This document shows, piece after piece, positions 26,888 through 38,514 of a DNA stretch of 64,000 nt. The notes beneath the pieces were generated by a model that searched no databases, was not told the origin of the DNA, and saw nothing but the letters and a program-made list of their open reading frames with translations. Numbering within the stretch: position 1 is the stretch's first letter; each line of letters starts with the position of its first letter. The translations under genes and the position numbers were made by a program. Source of the stretch: Pseudomonadota bacterium. Its GTDB lineage: Bacteria; Pseudomonadota; Gammaproteobacteria; Steroidobacterales; GCA-2729495. The stretch lies in contig CAUJHF010000052.1 in assembly GCA_963204745.1 (NCBI GenBank), positions 1,679 through 65,678 on the forward strand, written 5' to 3'.

Positions 26888-29692
26888 TCAGACATAACGG
26901 CGGATCTCGCCCGGTCCGTCTATATTTGTCACGCACCGGCCACAGAGTTCAGGATAACCGGCATTCTTGCCGGTATCTGGCAGGCGGTGCCAGCAGCGCA
27001 CGCACTTGGCGTCCGTATCCGGTTCAGCCTGCACCCAGAAACCCTCCCCGGCCAGCGCGGACGGGCTGCGTTCCGCAGCCGGAAGCGCAGCAGCACCGGA
27101 AGTGATGAACACAAAGCGCAGCTCATCTCCCAGGCGCCGCATGTCTTCAAGCAGCCCGCCGTCCGCATAAACAGTGAGCCGCGCATCAAGCCCTGAACCG
27201 ATTGCGCCGGACGTACGCAGCACCTCCAGCGCCCTGGCAGCAGTCTCGCGCACACGCAGCAACCCCGCCCAGTCGAGGTCGGCTGCGCCGCCCGGCGTGA
27301 TCTCAGGTAACTGGTGCCAGGTGGCCAGGAAAACCGAATCACCGTGCTCGCCGGGTATCTGCGCCCAGATTTCCTCGGCTGTAAAGCTCAGCACCGGCGC
27401 CAGCCAGCGGACCATTGCCTCGGTGATGTGGTACATGGCGGTCTGTGCCGAGCGACGGGCCAGCGATTTCCGGCCGGTCGTGTACAGGCGATCCTTGATC
27501 ACGTCCAGATAGAAGGAGCCGAGATCAACGACGCAGAAATTGTGCAGCTGCTGATAGACGCGATGGAATTCATAGGATTCATAGGCCGCGAGAATCTCGC
27601 GCTGCAGCTCTGCAGCGCGGCCAATTGCCCAGCGATCCAGTGCAACGAGTTCGGCCACAGGTACCTGTTCGCTGGCCGGATCAAAACCGTCGAGATTGCT
27701 GAGCAGAAAACGCACGGTGTTGCGCATCCGCCGGTAAGAGTCGGCCATGCGCTTGAGGATTTCCTGCGAGACATGTATCTCGCCCCGGTAATCCGTAGAA
27801 GCCACCCACAGGCGCAGGACGTCTGCCCCCAATGAGTTGACCACCGGCTGCGGCGCAACGACATTACCGAGCGACTTGGACATTTTTCGGCCCTTGTCGT
27901 CCACGGTGAATCCATGCGTCAGCACCTGTCGGTACGGCGCCTTGCCCTCCATGGCAACCGCGGTCAGCAAGGAGCTCTGGAACCAGCCGCGATGCTGGTC
28001 CGAGCCTTCCAGATAGAGATCTGCCGGAAAGCCCACGTCCGTGTGGCTGCGAGCGACGCAGTGGTGAACCATTCCGGAGTCCATCCACACGTCCATCGTG
28101 TCCGTGACCCGGTCGTAGTCGCCGGCAGCGGCGCCGAGCAGCTCAGCCGGATCAAGATCGAACCAGGCATCGATGCCCCGCGCTTCGATGCGGTGCGCAA
28201 CTTCCTCCAGCAGCGCCAGGGTGTCCGCATGCAGCTCGCCGCTTTCGCGGTGAATAAACAACGGAATCGGCACACCCCAGGTACGCTGCCGCGAGATACA
28301 CCAGTCCGGGCGCCCGACGATCATGTTCTCGATGCGCTGCTGGCCCCAGTCCGGTATCCATTGCACGCTGCGAATTGCGGCAAGGCTCGCGTCGCGCAGC
28401 CCGTTCTGGTCCAGGCTGATAAACCACTGCGGTGTCGCGCGAAAGATCAGTGGAGTCTTGTGCCGCCAGCAGTGCGGATAGCTGTGCTGGAATTTCTGCG
28501 CACAAAGCAATCGGCCAGCTTCGAGCAACACTTCCAGAATCCGCTCTTCAGCCGCCTTGATGTGCAGACCAGCCAGCAGTTCAGTGCCAGACACATAAAC
28601 GCCACGGCCATCGACCGGATTCTCCAGCGGCAGCTTGTAGCGCAGACCGGACTGATAATCGTCCTGGCCGTGGCCCGGTGCCGTGTGTACCGCACCGGTA
28701 CCGGCATCAAGCGTCACGTAATCGGCAAGGATCACCGGCACCTCGCGCGCATAGAAGGGATGACCGAGCCTTAATCCCTCCAGGACCTGGCCGTTGAACA
28801 CCGCAAGTGTGGTGGCAGTCCTGGCCCCGTAGCGGCTCAGCGCAGCATCAGCCAGTCCGGCAGCAAGCACGAGTCGCACTGGTCCATTGCCGAGATCGGC
28901 CTCGATCAGCCGGTACTCAAGCTCAGCGCCGAGCGCCACGGCCTGGTTGGCGGGCAGTGTCCATGCTGTCGTGGTCCAGATCGGTACCATCACCGGGACC
29001 GATTCGCTGAGTCCGACACGGCGATGCAGCTCAGCGCTGTCCAGCACCGAAAAGCCCACATCGATCGCCGTCGAGGTCTTGTCGATGTACTCGACCTCAG
29101 CTTCGGCGAGCGCCGAACGACAGTCCAGGCACCAGTGCACCGGCTTGTAACCCCGGTGCAGATGTCCGTTGGCGACCATCTTTGCAAAGCCGCGAATCTG
29201 CTCCGCCTCGAAGCGCCGGTCCATCGTCAGATAAGGCCGCTCCCAGTCGCCGAGCACACCGAGCCGCCGGAAATCACGGCGCTGGCTGTCGACCTGGCCC
29301 AGCGCATATTCACGACAGGCCTTGCGGAATTCATCCGGCGTCAGCTTGTCACCGACCTTGCCGAATTTCTTCTCGACCTGCAGCTCGATGGGCAGGCCGT
29401 GACAATCCCAGCCGGGAATATAGGGTGCATCGAAGCCTGACAGGGTCTTCGACTTGACGATGATGTCCTTCAGGACCTTGTTGACGGCATGACCGATATG
29501 GATGTCGCCATTCGCGTAGGGTGGGCCATCAAGCAGCAAGAACCGTGGCCGGCCGGCCGCTGCCTTGCGGATCTGGGCGTAGACATCACGACTGGCCCAG
29601 CTCTCCAGCATCTGTGGCTCACGGCGGGCGAGATCGGCCTTCATGGCGAAGGCCGTCTGCGGAAGATTCAGTGTGTCTTTGTAGTCGGTCAC
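26888..29692 (-). CDS. ileS: Isoleucyl-tRNA synthetase
   Basis: GTG 29692 gives [21 protein letters not shown], matching the canonical IleS N-terminus. HIGH motif ([11 protein letters not shown]), KMSKS motif, and a C-terminal zinc-finger region (CVRCW...CGRC). Confidence 0.95.
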   Translation of the reverse strand: MTDYKDTLNLPQTAFAMKADLARREPQMLESWASRDVYAQIRKAAAGRPRFLLLDGPPYANGDIHIGHAVNKVLKDIIVKSKTLSGFDAPYIPGWDCHGLPIELQVEKKFGKVGDKLTPDEFRKACREYALGQVDSQRRDFRRLGVLGDWERPYLTMDRRFEAEQIRGFAKMVANGHLHRGYKPVHWCLDCRSALAEAEVEYIDKTSTAIDVGFSVLDSAELHRRVGLSESVPVMVPIWTTTAWTLPANQAVALGAELEYRLIEADLGNGPVRLVLAAGLADAALSRYGARTATTLAVFNGQVLEGLRLGHPFYAREVPVILADYVTLDAGTGAVHTAPGHGQDDYQSGLRYKLPLENPVDGRGVYVSGTELLAGLHIKAAEERILEVLLEAGRLLCAQKFQHSYPHCWRHKTPLIFRATPQWFISLDQNGLRDASLAAIRSVQWIPDWGQQRIENMIVGRPDWCISRQRTWGVPIPLFIHRESGELHADTLALLEEVAHRIEARGIDAWFDLDPAELLGAAAGDYDRVTDTMDVWMDSGMVHHCVARSHTDVGFPADLYLEGSDQHRGWFQSSLLTAVAMEGKAPYRQVLTHGFTVDDKGRKMSKSLGNVVAPQPVVNSLGADVLRLWVASTDYRGEIHVSQEILKRMADSYRRMRNTVRFLLSNLDGFDPASEQVPVAELVALDRWAIGRAAELQREILAAYESYEFHRVYQQLHNFCVVDLGSFYLDVIKDRLYTTGRKSLARRSAQTAMYHITEAMVRWLAPVLSFTAEEIWAQIPGEHGDSVFLATWHQLPEITPGGAADLDWAGLLRVRETAARALEVLRTSGAIGSGLDARLTVYADGGLLEDMRRLGDELRFVFITSGAAALPAAERSPSALAGEGFWVQAEPDTDAKCVRCWHRLPDTGKNAGYPELCGRCVTNIDGPGEIRRYV

Positions 29693-30627
29693 GTAGGTAT
29701 CCCTGTCAACAGGCGGCGCGCTTGAGCCGCATCGCATTCCATTTGCCGGCGCAAGGCGTCGAGATCGGCAAAGCGTTCTTCGTTGCGCAGATGTGCAACG
29801 AACTCGACTTCAAGCCGTTGCCGGTAGATATCCGCATCAAAGTCAAAAATATGCACTTCCAGCAGCGGCTCGACGCCGGCCACAGTTGGCCGGGTACCCA
29901 GACTGGCCACCGCATCCAGCGGTGAACCATCGAGTCCATGCACGCGCACCGCAAAGATGCCGGCCAGCGGACTCTGGCGTCGATTCAGCCGGATGTTCGC
30001 CGTCGGAAAACCCAGCTGCCGGCCCAGCTGCAAGCCGGCAACCACGCGACCACTCATCCGGTAATTTCGCCCCAGCAGATCACGGGCGTGAGGCAGATTA
30101 CCAGCAGCAAGAGCGGCGCGGACGGCGGTACTCGACACGCGAATACCATCCCGGATCACGCTGCCGACCTGTTCCACGCCAAAGCCGCATCGTTTTCCGC
30201 CGGCTTCAAGATCGGCGATGTTACCCGCCCTGCCGCGTCCAAAGCGAAAATCATCACCGATCACCAGATGCCGTACCGCCAGCGTATCGGTCAGCAAGCG
30301 GTCGATGAACTCCTGCGGTGAATGATGCTCCAGGGTGTGATCAAAAGGCGGACAGAAGAAGTTGTCGATGTCACTCGCACGCAGGTAGCCTGCCTTGTCA
30401 CGGAAATGCATCAGGCGAGCCGGCGCCTGCTCCGGACGCATGACTTCCTGCGGCGTCGGCTCAAAACTGAAGACCAGCGACGGCAGCCTCAGGCGCAGCG
30501 ACTCGGCACGCACCCTGTCCAGAATGCGTTGATGACCCAGGTGAAAGCCATCGAACACACCGATCGTGGCAACACACCCGGGCAACACTGCGTTGACACC
30601 CGGTCGCGGGCGGCGAAACACTTGCAT
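29689..30627 (-). CDS. ribF: Bifunctional riboflavin kinase / FMN adenylyltransferase
   Basis: ATG 30627 gives MQVFRRP...[18 protein letters not shown]. ...GFPTANI... and ...[30 protein letters not shown] are RibF motifs. Its stop overlaps the ileS GTG. Confidence 0.9.
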   Translation of the reverse strand: MQVFRRPRPGVNAVLPGCVATIGVFDGFHLGHQRILDRVRAESLRLRLPSLVFSFEPTPQEVMRPEQAPARLMHFRDKAGYLRASDIDNFFCPPFDHTLEHHSPQEFIDRLLTDTLAVRHLVIGDDFRFGRGRAGNIADLEAGGKRCGFGVEQVGSVIRDGIRVSSTAVRAALAAGNLPHARDLLGRNYRMSGRVVAGLQLGRQLGFPTANIRLNRRQSPLAGIFAVRVHGLDGSPLDAVASLGTRPTVAGVEPLLEVHIFDFDADIYRQRLEVEFVAHLRNEERFADLDALRRQMECDAAQARRLLTGIPT

Positions 30628-30656
30628 GGAAACACGGTGCGCCAGAGAAGGCTGGA

Positions 30657-32312
30657 TTATAAGGTCCGGGCTGCGCTTTGCATGCGCATGTCCCCGATGC
30701 GGAATCCCACCGTGAACAAGGCTGCGAAGTATGCGCATGCGCCACCCACGACGGCGGCAGCCAGCCACAGACAGCGCGTCCAGAAATCCGCCTCAAGCCA
30801 GGCGCTGGTCGGCGGAACCGCCTGGACCAGCACGACCGCCAGTACCCCGGCAGCAACGGCTACCCGCAGCAGAAACCGGCCCCATCCCGGTGCCGGACTG
30901 ATGACCCCCTCGCGCCGCAGTCCGCGATACAGCAAGCCCGAGTTGATAAAGGAACATAGCGAAGTCGCTGCAGCCAGACCTGCATGGGGCGCAGGCCAGC
31001 CCATCAGCACCCACGGCCCCACGATCACGACATTCAGAATCATGTTGAGACCGAGCGCGATCAAACCGATGCGCACCGGCGTGGTAGTGATCTGCCGGGC
31101 AAAATAGCCGGGCGCCAGGACCTTCACCATGGTGAAACCCAGCAGCCCTGCCGCAAAGGGCACCAGGCTCCAGGTTGCCATCTCGACGTCGCCGGCCCCG
31201 AAGCGACCCCCATAAAACAGCGTAGCCAGCAGCGGCCCGGCCAGCAGGATCAGGCCCAGCGTCGCCGGCATCACGATCAGCACCACGAGACGCATGGCCC
31301 AGTCGAGCGTCATGCCAAAGTCGGCGGCGGCGCCATTGGCATGCTGCCGGGACAGGTTGGGCAGCATCACGGTTGCGAGCGCGATGCCGAACACCCCCAG
31401 CGGGAACTCCATCAGCCGGTCCGAGTAGTACAGCCAGCTGATGCTGCCGGTGGCCAGCAGTGAGGCGATCAGGGTATCGAGAAGGATGCTGATCTGGGCA
31501 ACCGATGAGCCAAACAGTCCCGGCAGCATCAGGCGCAGGATCTTGCGCACGCCCGGATGCCCGAAGCCGAGCCTCGGGCGCGGCATGAGCCGGATGCGCA
31601 TCAGCGAGGGCAGCATGCATATCAGCTGCACCAGGCCGGCCACGAACACGCCCACGGCCAGCGCCATACCGGGCCGCGCATAGAGCGGTGCCACATATGC
31701 GGCGAAGCTGATCAGCACGACGTTGAGCAATATCGGCGAAAACGCCGCTGCCGTGAAACGGTGATAGGTATTGAGAATCCCGCCAGCCAGCGCCGTAAAC
31801 GAGATGAAAAGCAGATAAGGAAAGGTCCAGCGCAGCATGTCGACCGCGAGCCCATAGCGGTCCGCATCGGCAGCATTGCTTTCGGCAATGAAGCCGGGCG
31901 CAAAGATTGCGATGAAGACCGGCGCCCCAACCACGCCCAGCGCCGTGATCGCAAACAGGATGGCACCCAGCGTACCCGCAGTCTGGTCGACCAGTTCACG
32001 GACTGCGCCGTGGTCGCCTTTCTCGTCATATTCGGCAAATACCGGCACGAAGGCCTGCGAAAAGGAGCCCTCGGCAAAGAAGCGCCGGAAGATATTCGGA
32101 ATCCGGAACGCGACAAAGAAGGCATCCATCAGCCCGGCCGCGCCAAACAGCCGGGCGAAGACGACATCGCGCACCAGGCCGAGAATCCGGGACAGCAGCG
32201 TGAATCCGCCGACCGTGCCGGTGGAGCGCAGCAGCTTTCTGCCGCTCGGTTGCTGCCGGCCGCTCGATACGGGCTTTCCCGGTTCAGTCGATGTGCTCGG
32301 CGATGTGCTCAT
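30657..32312 (-). CDS. murJ: Lipid II flippase MurJ (MviN)
   Basis: ...TLLSRILGLVRDVVFARLFGAAGLMDAFFVAFRIPNIFRRFFAEGSFSQAFVPV is the MurJ N-terminal signature. Polytopic membrane protein. Confidence 0.9.
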   Translation of the reverse strand: MSTSPSTSTEPGKPVSSGRQQPSGRKLLRSTGTVGGFTLLSRILGLVRDVVFARLFGAAGLMDAFFVAFRIPNIFRRFFAEGSFSQAFVPVFAEYDEKGDHGAVRELVDQTAGTLGAILFAITALGVVGAPVFIAIFAPGFIAESNAADADRYGLAVDMLRWTFPYLLFISFTALAGGILNTYHRFTAAAFSPILLNVVLISFAAYVAPLYARPGMALAVGVFVAGLVQLICMLPSLMRIRLMPRPRLGFGHPGVRKILRLMLPGLFGSSVAQISILLDTLIASLLATGSISWLYYSDRLMEFPLGVFGIALATVMLPNLSRQHANGAAADFGMTLDWAMRLVVLIVMPATLGLILLAGPLLATLFYGGRFGAGDVEMATWSLVPFAAGLLGFTMVKVLAPGYFARQITTTPVRIGLIALGLNMILNVVIVGPWVLMGWPAPHAGLAAATSLCSFINSGLLYRGLRREGVISPAPGWGRFLLRVAVAAGVLAVVLVQAVPPTSAWLEADFWTRCLWLAAAVVGGACAYFAALFTVGFRIGDMRMQSAARTL

Positions 32313-32358
32313 TGGGCGGCAAGTCTACCCGCAGGCCGGGCCGATCGGGCTGCAACTA

Positions 32359-32387
32359 TTGACATCCCCTGGGGGAAACCAAAGAAT
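32359..32387 (+). promoter_or_regulatory. Candidate sigma-70 promoter of rpsT
   Basis: TTGACA (32359-32364), a 17-nt spacer, then AAGAAT (32382-32387). This leaves a leader of about 80 nt containing small hairpins before the GTG at 32474. Confidence 0.4.
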
Positions 32388-32473
32388 GCGCGCCTGTTGC
32401 GGGGTCTGCCGCACATGGCATCGGCAGGGCTGGTGCCCGTTTTTTCAAGCCTTTCACATTACGGATACACCCG

Positions 32474-33928
<1,455 letters not shown>

Positions 33929-33951
33929 ACCGGCCGCCGTTGTGGTCGATC

Positions 33952-34218
33952 TCAGGCGCTGACGCCCGGAACGACATTTACAACGCGACGACTCGAGGCA
34001 CCCTTGACCTCAAAACTGACTACCCCGTTCGCCTTGGCAAACAGTGTGTGGTCACGTCCGAGGCCAACGTTCTTGCCCGGGTGATACTCCGTGCCGCGCT
34101 GGCGAACCAGAATGTTTCCGGCAATCACCTGCTCGCCACCAAACTTCTTGAGGCCCAGGCGCTTTGACTCGGAGTCGCGTCCGTTCCGGGTACTGCCGCC
34201 TGCTTTCTTGTGTGCCAT
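33952..34218 (-). CDS. rpmA: 50S ribosomal protein L27
   Basis: [29 protein letters not shown]... is the canonical L27 N-terminus. Confidence 0.95.
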   Translation of the reverse strand: MAHKKAGGSTRNGRDSESKRLGLKKFGGEQVIAGNILVRQRGTEYHPGKNVGLGRDHTLFAKANGVVSFEVKGASSRRVVNVVPGVSA

Positions 34219-34279
34219 GACTGATTAACTCCGTATCGTCTTGTCGTCTGAATCGAATATCGTCGGAATACTGCGATGC

Positions 34280-34600
34280 TCAGCCTGCGCCGCCCGCAAT
34301 TGCCGTGATCTCCACCAGCGTGAAATCCTGCCGGTGGGTCTTCATTCGCTTGTAGGTGGTACGCCGCTTGAACTTGATGACGCTGATCTTGCCGGTACGG
34401 TCCTGGGCAACCACCTTGGCGGTGACCCGGGCACCGTCGATACTCGGCTTGCCAATCTGGACCTCAGCACCCTCGCCAACCATCAGCACATCACTGAACT
34501 CGACCGTATCGCCCGCGCTGGCCTCCAGCTTCTCTACCTTGAGGCGATCGCCCTGGCTCGCGCGGTACTGCTTACCGCCCGTCTTGAAAACAGCGTACAT
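34280..34600 (-). CDS. rplU: 50S ribosomal protein L21
   Basis: The internal ATG at 34600 gives MYAVFKTGGKQYRASQGD..., the canonical L21 N-terminus. The 12-codon upstream extension in the ORF track is discounted. Confidence 0.95.
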   Translation of the reverse strand: MYAVFKTGGKQYRASQGDRLKVEKLEASAGDTVEFSDVLMVGEGAEVQIGKPSIDGARVTAKVVAQDRTGKISVIKFKRRTTYKRMKTHRQDFTLVEITAIAGGAG

Positions 34601-34676
34601 CTGATAAATCTCCGGGGTGGGCCGACTGACGGCCACGCGAAATGAGCGCGAATTCTAGTGAATCAGCGCCCATGGT

Positions 34677-35498
34677 TCAACGGGTACGGCAATCAAATGC
34701 CATATTGAGACGCGCGGCGAGCCGGACCCCGGCCTGGGCCAGACGCCGATCCAGCGTGGTTTGGACCGAATTCAGATAGGGCTGACCGAGGACCGACGGG
34801 GCAAATTCCCGGCTGAAGGCATAGATGCCCGGGCGCAGCGCCATGGATTCCTCTGCCCAGACCAGCGGTTCGGCCACCTGCCAGCGCCGCAGCTCTGCGG
34901 TATCGATCTGCTGCAGCCGGCGGGCATCGTCGGCAGGCCGTTGCCGGGCCGCAGCAGACAGGGCCCACCCGTCCCATACCGCATGCAGATTCGTGGCCTT
35001 GCCGCGCACGATCACTTCAATGTCATTGCCGCCCCGGTCCGCAGCTCGTCCCACATGCAGGGGCTGATGGATATCCGCGACCAGATGGGCGATGAACCGC
35101 AGTGCAATCGAGCGCTGCCCGGCGGGCAGCCGCCGGTCCCGAAGCTCCGCCTCAAAGCGCGCCAGCACCGCCAGTGCATTGTCGTCTGAAGCACGGGCCG
35201 CGGCAGCTACCGATGCGTCGTCGGCCACATTGATGTAGTGCCAGGGCTTGCTGTGTGCCCACTCGGGACGGGAGCGCAGCTGATCCGGCCAGACGCCGGC
35301 CTCAGCCAGACTCATCGCGCCCAGCAGCGGCGCCAGTTCCCGACGAGTGTCCGGACACAGGTATCCATCGGCGATATAGCCCACGATGCGGTGCCCGGCC
35401 GGCCCGAAAGCCAGCGCGCCCTGCACCGGCAACAGAACGCTGGCAATACTTAGAATTACTGAGGCGGCAATGTGTACACGGCAGACCATCGCGGGCAT
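34677..35498 (-). CDS. S1/P1-family zinc nuclease (secreted)
   Basis: ...ALAFGPAGHRIVGYIA..., ...KPWHYINV... and ...HLVADIHQPLHVG...DRGGNDIEV match S1/P1 nuclease metal-ligand motifs. ATG 35498 or 35489 gives a signal peptide; the longer ORF to 35639 is discounted. Confidence 0.8.
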   Translation of the reverse strand: MPAMVCRVHIAASVILSIASVLLPVQGALAFGPAGHRIVGYIADGYLCPDTRRELAPLLGAMSLAEAGVWPDQLRSRPEWAHSKPWHYINVADDASVAAAARASDDNALAVLARFEAELRDRRLPAGQRSIALRFIAHLVADIHQPLHVGRAADRGGNDIEVIVRGKATNLHAVWDGWALSAAARQRPADDARRLQQIDTAELRRWQVAEPLVWAEESMALRPGIYAFSREFAPSVLGQPYLNSVQTTLDRRLAQAGVRLAARLNMAFDCRTR

Positions 35499-35511
35499 TA
35501 TTCGTTTCGCA

Positions 35512-36510
35512 ATGCATCTAGTCCAACCTGAATACTCCCGCTTCGACCTGGAAGCTGTACGCGCCCTTGTGGCCGACGACTGGCCCGCGGTCGACCGGGA
35601 GATCACCCAGCGTCTGAGCAGCGATGTTGCACTGGTCAACAGTGTGGCCCACTACATTATCGGCAGTGGCGGCAAGCGCCTGCGCCCCTTGATCACCCTG
35701 CTCTCTGCCCGGGCCTGCGGCTATCAGGGCGACAGGCACATCACGACCGCCGCGATCATCGAATTTATCCACACTGCAACCCTGCTGCACGACGACGTCG
35801 TCGACGCATCGGACCTGCGCCGTGGCCAGGACACGGCCAACAGCGTGTTCGGCAATGAGGCCAGCGTGCTCGTCGGCGACTTCCTGTACTCACGGGCCTT
35901 CCAGATGATGGTGCAGGTCGGCCAGATGCGCATCATGGATGTGCTGGCTGACGCCACCAATACCATTGCCGAAGGTGAAGTCCTGCAGCTCATGAACTGC
36001 AATGACCCCGACACCACCGAACAGCGTTACATGGATGTGATTTACCGCAAGACTGCCCGGCTGTTTGAAGCCGGTGCGCAGATCGGCGCCATACTTGCCG
36101 CACAAACGCGCGCTGTCGAGGACGCCTTTGTCGAATACGGCCGGCAGCTCGGCCTGGCTTTTCAGCTGGTCGACGATGCGCTGGACTACGATGCAGTGCC
36201 CGGTGAGCTCGGCAAGAAGATCGGCGACGATCTGGCTGAAGGCAAACCCACCCTCCCCCTCATTTTTGCGCTGCTGCGCGGATCACCACGCCAACAGCTG
36301 ATGATCCGCCGGGCCATCGAGAATGGCGGGCTTGAGGAGATCAACGCAATTCAGGCCGCGATCCAGTCGACCGGTGCGCTGGCCTACACGGTAGCCAAGG
36401 CGCGAGAGTGCGCCAACAAGGCGCAGCTGGCGCTGGAACGGGTACCGGATTCGATCTTCAGGACCGCGCTCATCGACCTGGCGGAGTTTGCCGTCGAGCG
36501 GCGCTACTGA
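35512..36510 (+). CDS. ispB: Octaprenyl-diphosphate synthase
   Basis: ...GGKRLRPLITLLSARA...IEFIHTATLLHDDVVD (first DDxxD) and ...FQLVDDALDY (second DDxxD). The position divergent from rplU agrees. Confidence 0.9.
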   Translation: MHLVQPEYSRFDLEAVRALVADDWPAVDREITQRLSSDVALVNSVAHYIIGSGGKRLRPLITLLSARACGYQGDRHITTAAIIEFIHTATLLHDDVVDASDLRRGQDTANSVFGNEASVLVGDFLYSRAFQMMVQVGQMRIMDVLADATNTIAEGEVLQLMNCNDPDTTEQRYMDVIYRKTARLFEAGAQIGAILAAQTRAVEDAFVEYGRQLGLAFQLVDDALDYDAVPGELGKKIGDDLAEGKPTLPLIFALLRGSPRQQLMIRRAIENGGLEEINAIQAAIQSTGALAYTVAKARECANKAQLALERVPDSIFRTALIDLAEFAVERRY

Positions 36511-36609
36511 GTCGCCAGCCAGATCTCCCTTGCCGCTCACGTGCGGCCCGCGTATAAATGGCGCCCGATTCCGGCTGCCGGCTCAGACCGGTCAGCATCA
36601 GACACCGTT

Positions 36610-36686
36610 CGGGGTGTAGCTCAGCTTGGTAGAGCGCTTGCTTCGGGAGCAAGAGGTCGCAGGTTCGAATCCTGTCACCCCGACCA
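36610..36686 (+). tRNA. tRNA-Pro (anticodon CGG)
   Basis: CGGGGTGTAGCTCAGCTTGGTAGAGCGCTTGCTTCGGGAGCAAGAGGTCGCAGGTTCGAATCCTGTCACCCCGACCA. Cloverleaf with anticodon loop TTCGGGA (G37), a TTCGAAT T-loop and an encoded CCA. Confidence 0.9.
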
Positions 36687-37079
36687 ATTAAAACAATCAG
36701 TTATACAGCTCACACGACACTTGCCATCAGCAGTTGGCCACACTTTAGCCACACTTTCGACAAGATGGGCCTGCTCACGCATGGCTCGGCGACGTCATGC
36801 CCTGATGCTCATTCCCGGCGTGGATGCCACTACATTCACGCGCATGCGGAATGCGCATCAGGCGTACACAACCGCGATGAAAAAAGTCGTTGATCACGCC
36901 GCAACGGGCAACAAGCTGCGCAACGGAAGCGCTGCCTATATTTTTCCGTGTACTCACTCGTACAGCAGTACCGCTATTGCGCGTATACCAGGATCATCCT
37001 GATGGCGAACGACTGTATCGCGAATCCATGCTCGCGCTCCTGGTGGACTGAACGCTGCACCAGCAATCATGTCCACCCG

Positions 37080-37116
37080 AAAAAAAGCCCCCGGTGACAA
37101 ACATGGCACCGGGGGC
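37080..37116 (-). terminator. Rho-independent terminator of the OmpA-family gene
   Basis: On the minus strand, GCCCCCGGTG-10 nt loop-CACCGGGGGC is followed by TTTTTTT. It starts 25 nt after the stop at 37141. Confidence 0.7.
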
Positions 37117-37140
37117 TTCTGCTACTGAAGGTCTGCGCGA

Positions 37141-38274
37141 CTATTGCCCGGCCTGACTGAACTCCAGCGTCACACGGCGGTTCTGCGCCCGGCCTTCGGC
37201 CGTGTCGTTCGGCGCTATCGGCTCAGACTCACCGAAACCTTTGGTCGTGAACAACCCTGCCGACAGGCCCTTGCCGACCAGGTAGGTTTTGACGGTATTT
37301 GCGCGCCGCTCGGAAAGGCCCGTGTTGTACCTGTCCGTACCAACGCTGTCGGTATGTCCGCGCACTTCAATGCTCTTGAAATGCGTGCGCTTGCTGAGGA
37401 TGTCGGCCACCGAATCGAGGATCAGCTCGGACTGGGCGGTGAGCTTCGCCGAATCATTGTCGAAGACAACACCACGCAGGATCAGCGACTCTTCACAGCC
37501 ACGCGCATCAACTTTGGCGCCAGCCGGCGTACCCGGGCATTCATCAAGTCGATCCACGACACCATCGCTATCGCTGTCGAGTTCGCAACCCTGTGCATCG
37601 ACTCTGGCACCGGCAATCGTACCCGGACACTTGTCAGCCATATCAACCACGCCATCACCGTCGCTGTCCTTCGGTACTGCGACGATCGGAGCGACCACCG
37701 GGGAAACAACCGGAGCGGCCTCAACAGCCTTGCCGCCCAGCGCGACGCTGACGCCGGCATTGACCAGCACATCGCTCAGGCTGCTCGATGCATCCTGCCA
37801 GCGGTACAGGACTTCCGTACGCAGGGAGACACGGTCACTCCACAGACGGGTCAGCAGGCCGGCACCACCCTGCAGCTGCAGGTCGTCATGATCCTGGTTG
37901 CCATCCTTGACATCGGTGCTGACGATGCCGGCACCAGCCAGCAGGTACGGTGCGAACAACCCGCTGCGGTTATAGATATTCATCAGGTTCAGGTTGACTG
38001 CAGTCTGGTCCTGATCCGGATTTGAAGACGGGTCACCGCTCATGCCCAGCTTCTGAAGATCGAATTCAACATTGAAGTGCTCGCTGAGGGAATAGCCGAA
38101 GCCCAGCGCTCCGCCGGCCACCTCATCATCGACCAGCCGGTCGCTGTCCGCATCGATATAGGTAGCGAGGGCCTTCACATAGACACGCCCCATGTCTTCG
38201 GCGGCATGAACCCCCTGCAGCGCCAGAATCACTATCAAGGCAGCTGAACCCAGCCCGCTCCTGGCGCTTCGCAT
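37141..38274 (-). CDS. OmpA-family outer-membrane protein with thrombospondin type-3 (Ca-binding) repeats
   Basis: Signal peptide and an N-terminal barrel-like region. Two DSDGDGVVD..D.CPGT..GA.VD..GCE repeats. OmpA C-terminal domain ...VRGHTDSVGTDRYNTGLSERRANTVKTYL...NRRV. Confidence 0.85.
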   Translation of the reverse strand: MRSARSGLGSAALIVILALQGVHAAEDMGRVYVKALATYIDADSDRLVDDEVAGGALGFGYSLSEHFNVEFDLQKLGMSGDPSSNPDQDQTAVNLNLMNIYNRSGLFAPYLLAGAGIVSTDVKDGNQDHDDLQLQGGAGLLTRLWSDRVSLRTEVLYRWQDASSSLSDVLVNAGVSVALGGKAVEAAPVVSPVVAPIVAVPKDSDGDGVVDMADKCPGTIAGARVDAQGCELDSDSDGVVDRLDECPGTPAGAKVDARGCEESLILRGVVFDNDSAKLTAQSELILDSVADILSKRTHFKSIEVRGHTDSVGTDRYNTGLSERRANTVKTYLVGKGLSAGLFTTKGFGESEPIAPNDTAEGRAQNRRVTLEFSQAGQ

Positions 38275-38514
38275 CGCTCCACCTCTCTGATCGGGTGTTT
38301 GAAAAAAGTCACAGCATCCAGGGACTGGATACGCCCCAAGATTACTTAATCAAGGGGACAAATACCAATCCGGACATCTACTTGTTGCTAATGGGCTACA
38401 AAACCCCGGTTACGACTTAACTATTTCTGGTCGGGACGTGACGCACTTCAACGTCAGCGCCGGCACCAGTTCCTATCCTCACGGCAGTTTTGGTCTCGTG
38501 GAGGGGGAACCGTC

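Noticed and set aside
36541-37002. 153-aa plus-strand ORF spanning tRNA-Pro, and the 64-aa minus ORF 18295-18489 spanning tRNA-Thr
   Set aside because: Both overlap clear tRNA cloverleaves and have poor codon bias, so they are artefacts of ORF calling.
37002-37097. 31-codon ORF MANDCIANPCSRSWWTERCTSNHVHPKKSPR (three Cys) ending inside the ompA-family terminator hairpin
   Set aside because: It has no SD and no signal or leader logic. It sits on the strand opposite the terminator's function and is below any length at which I can argue coding from sequence alone. It is worth a glance only if RNA-seq or Ribo-seq shows a signal.
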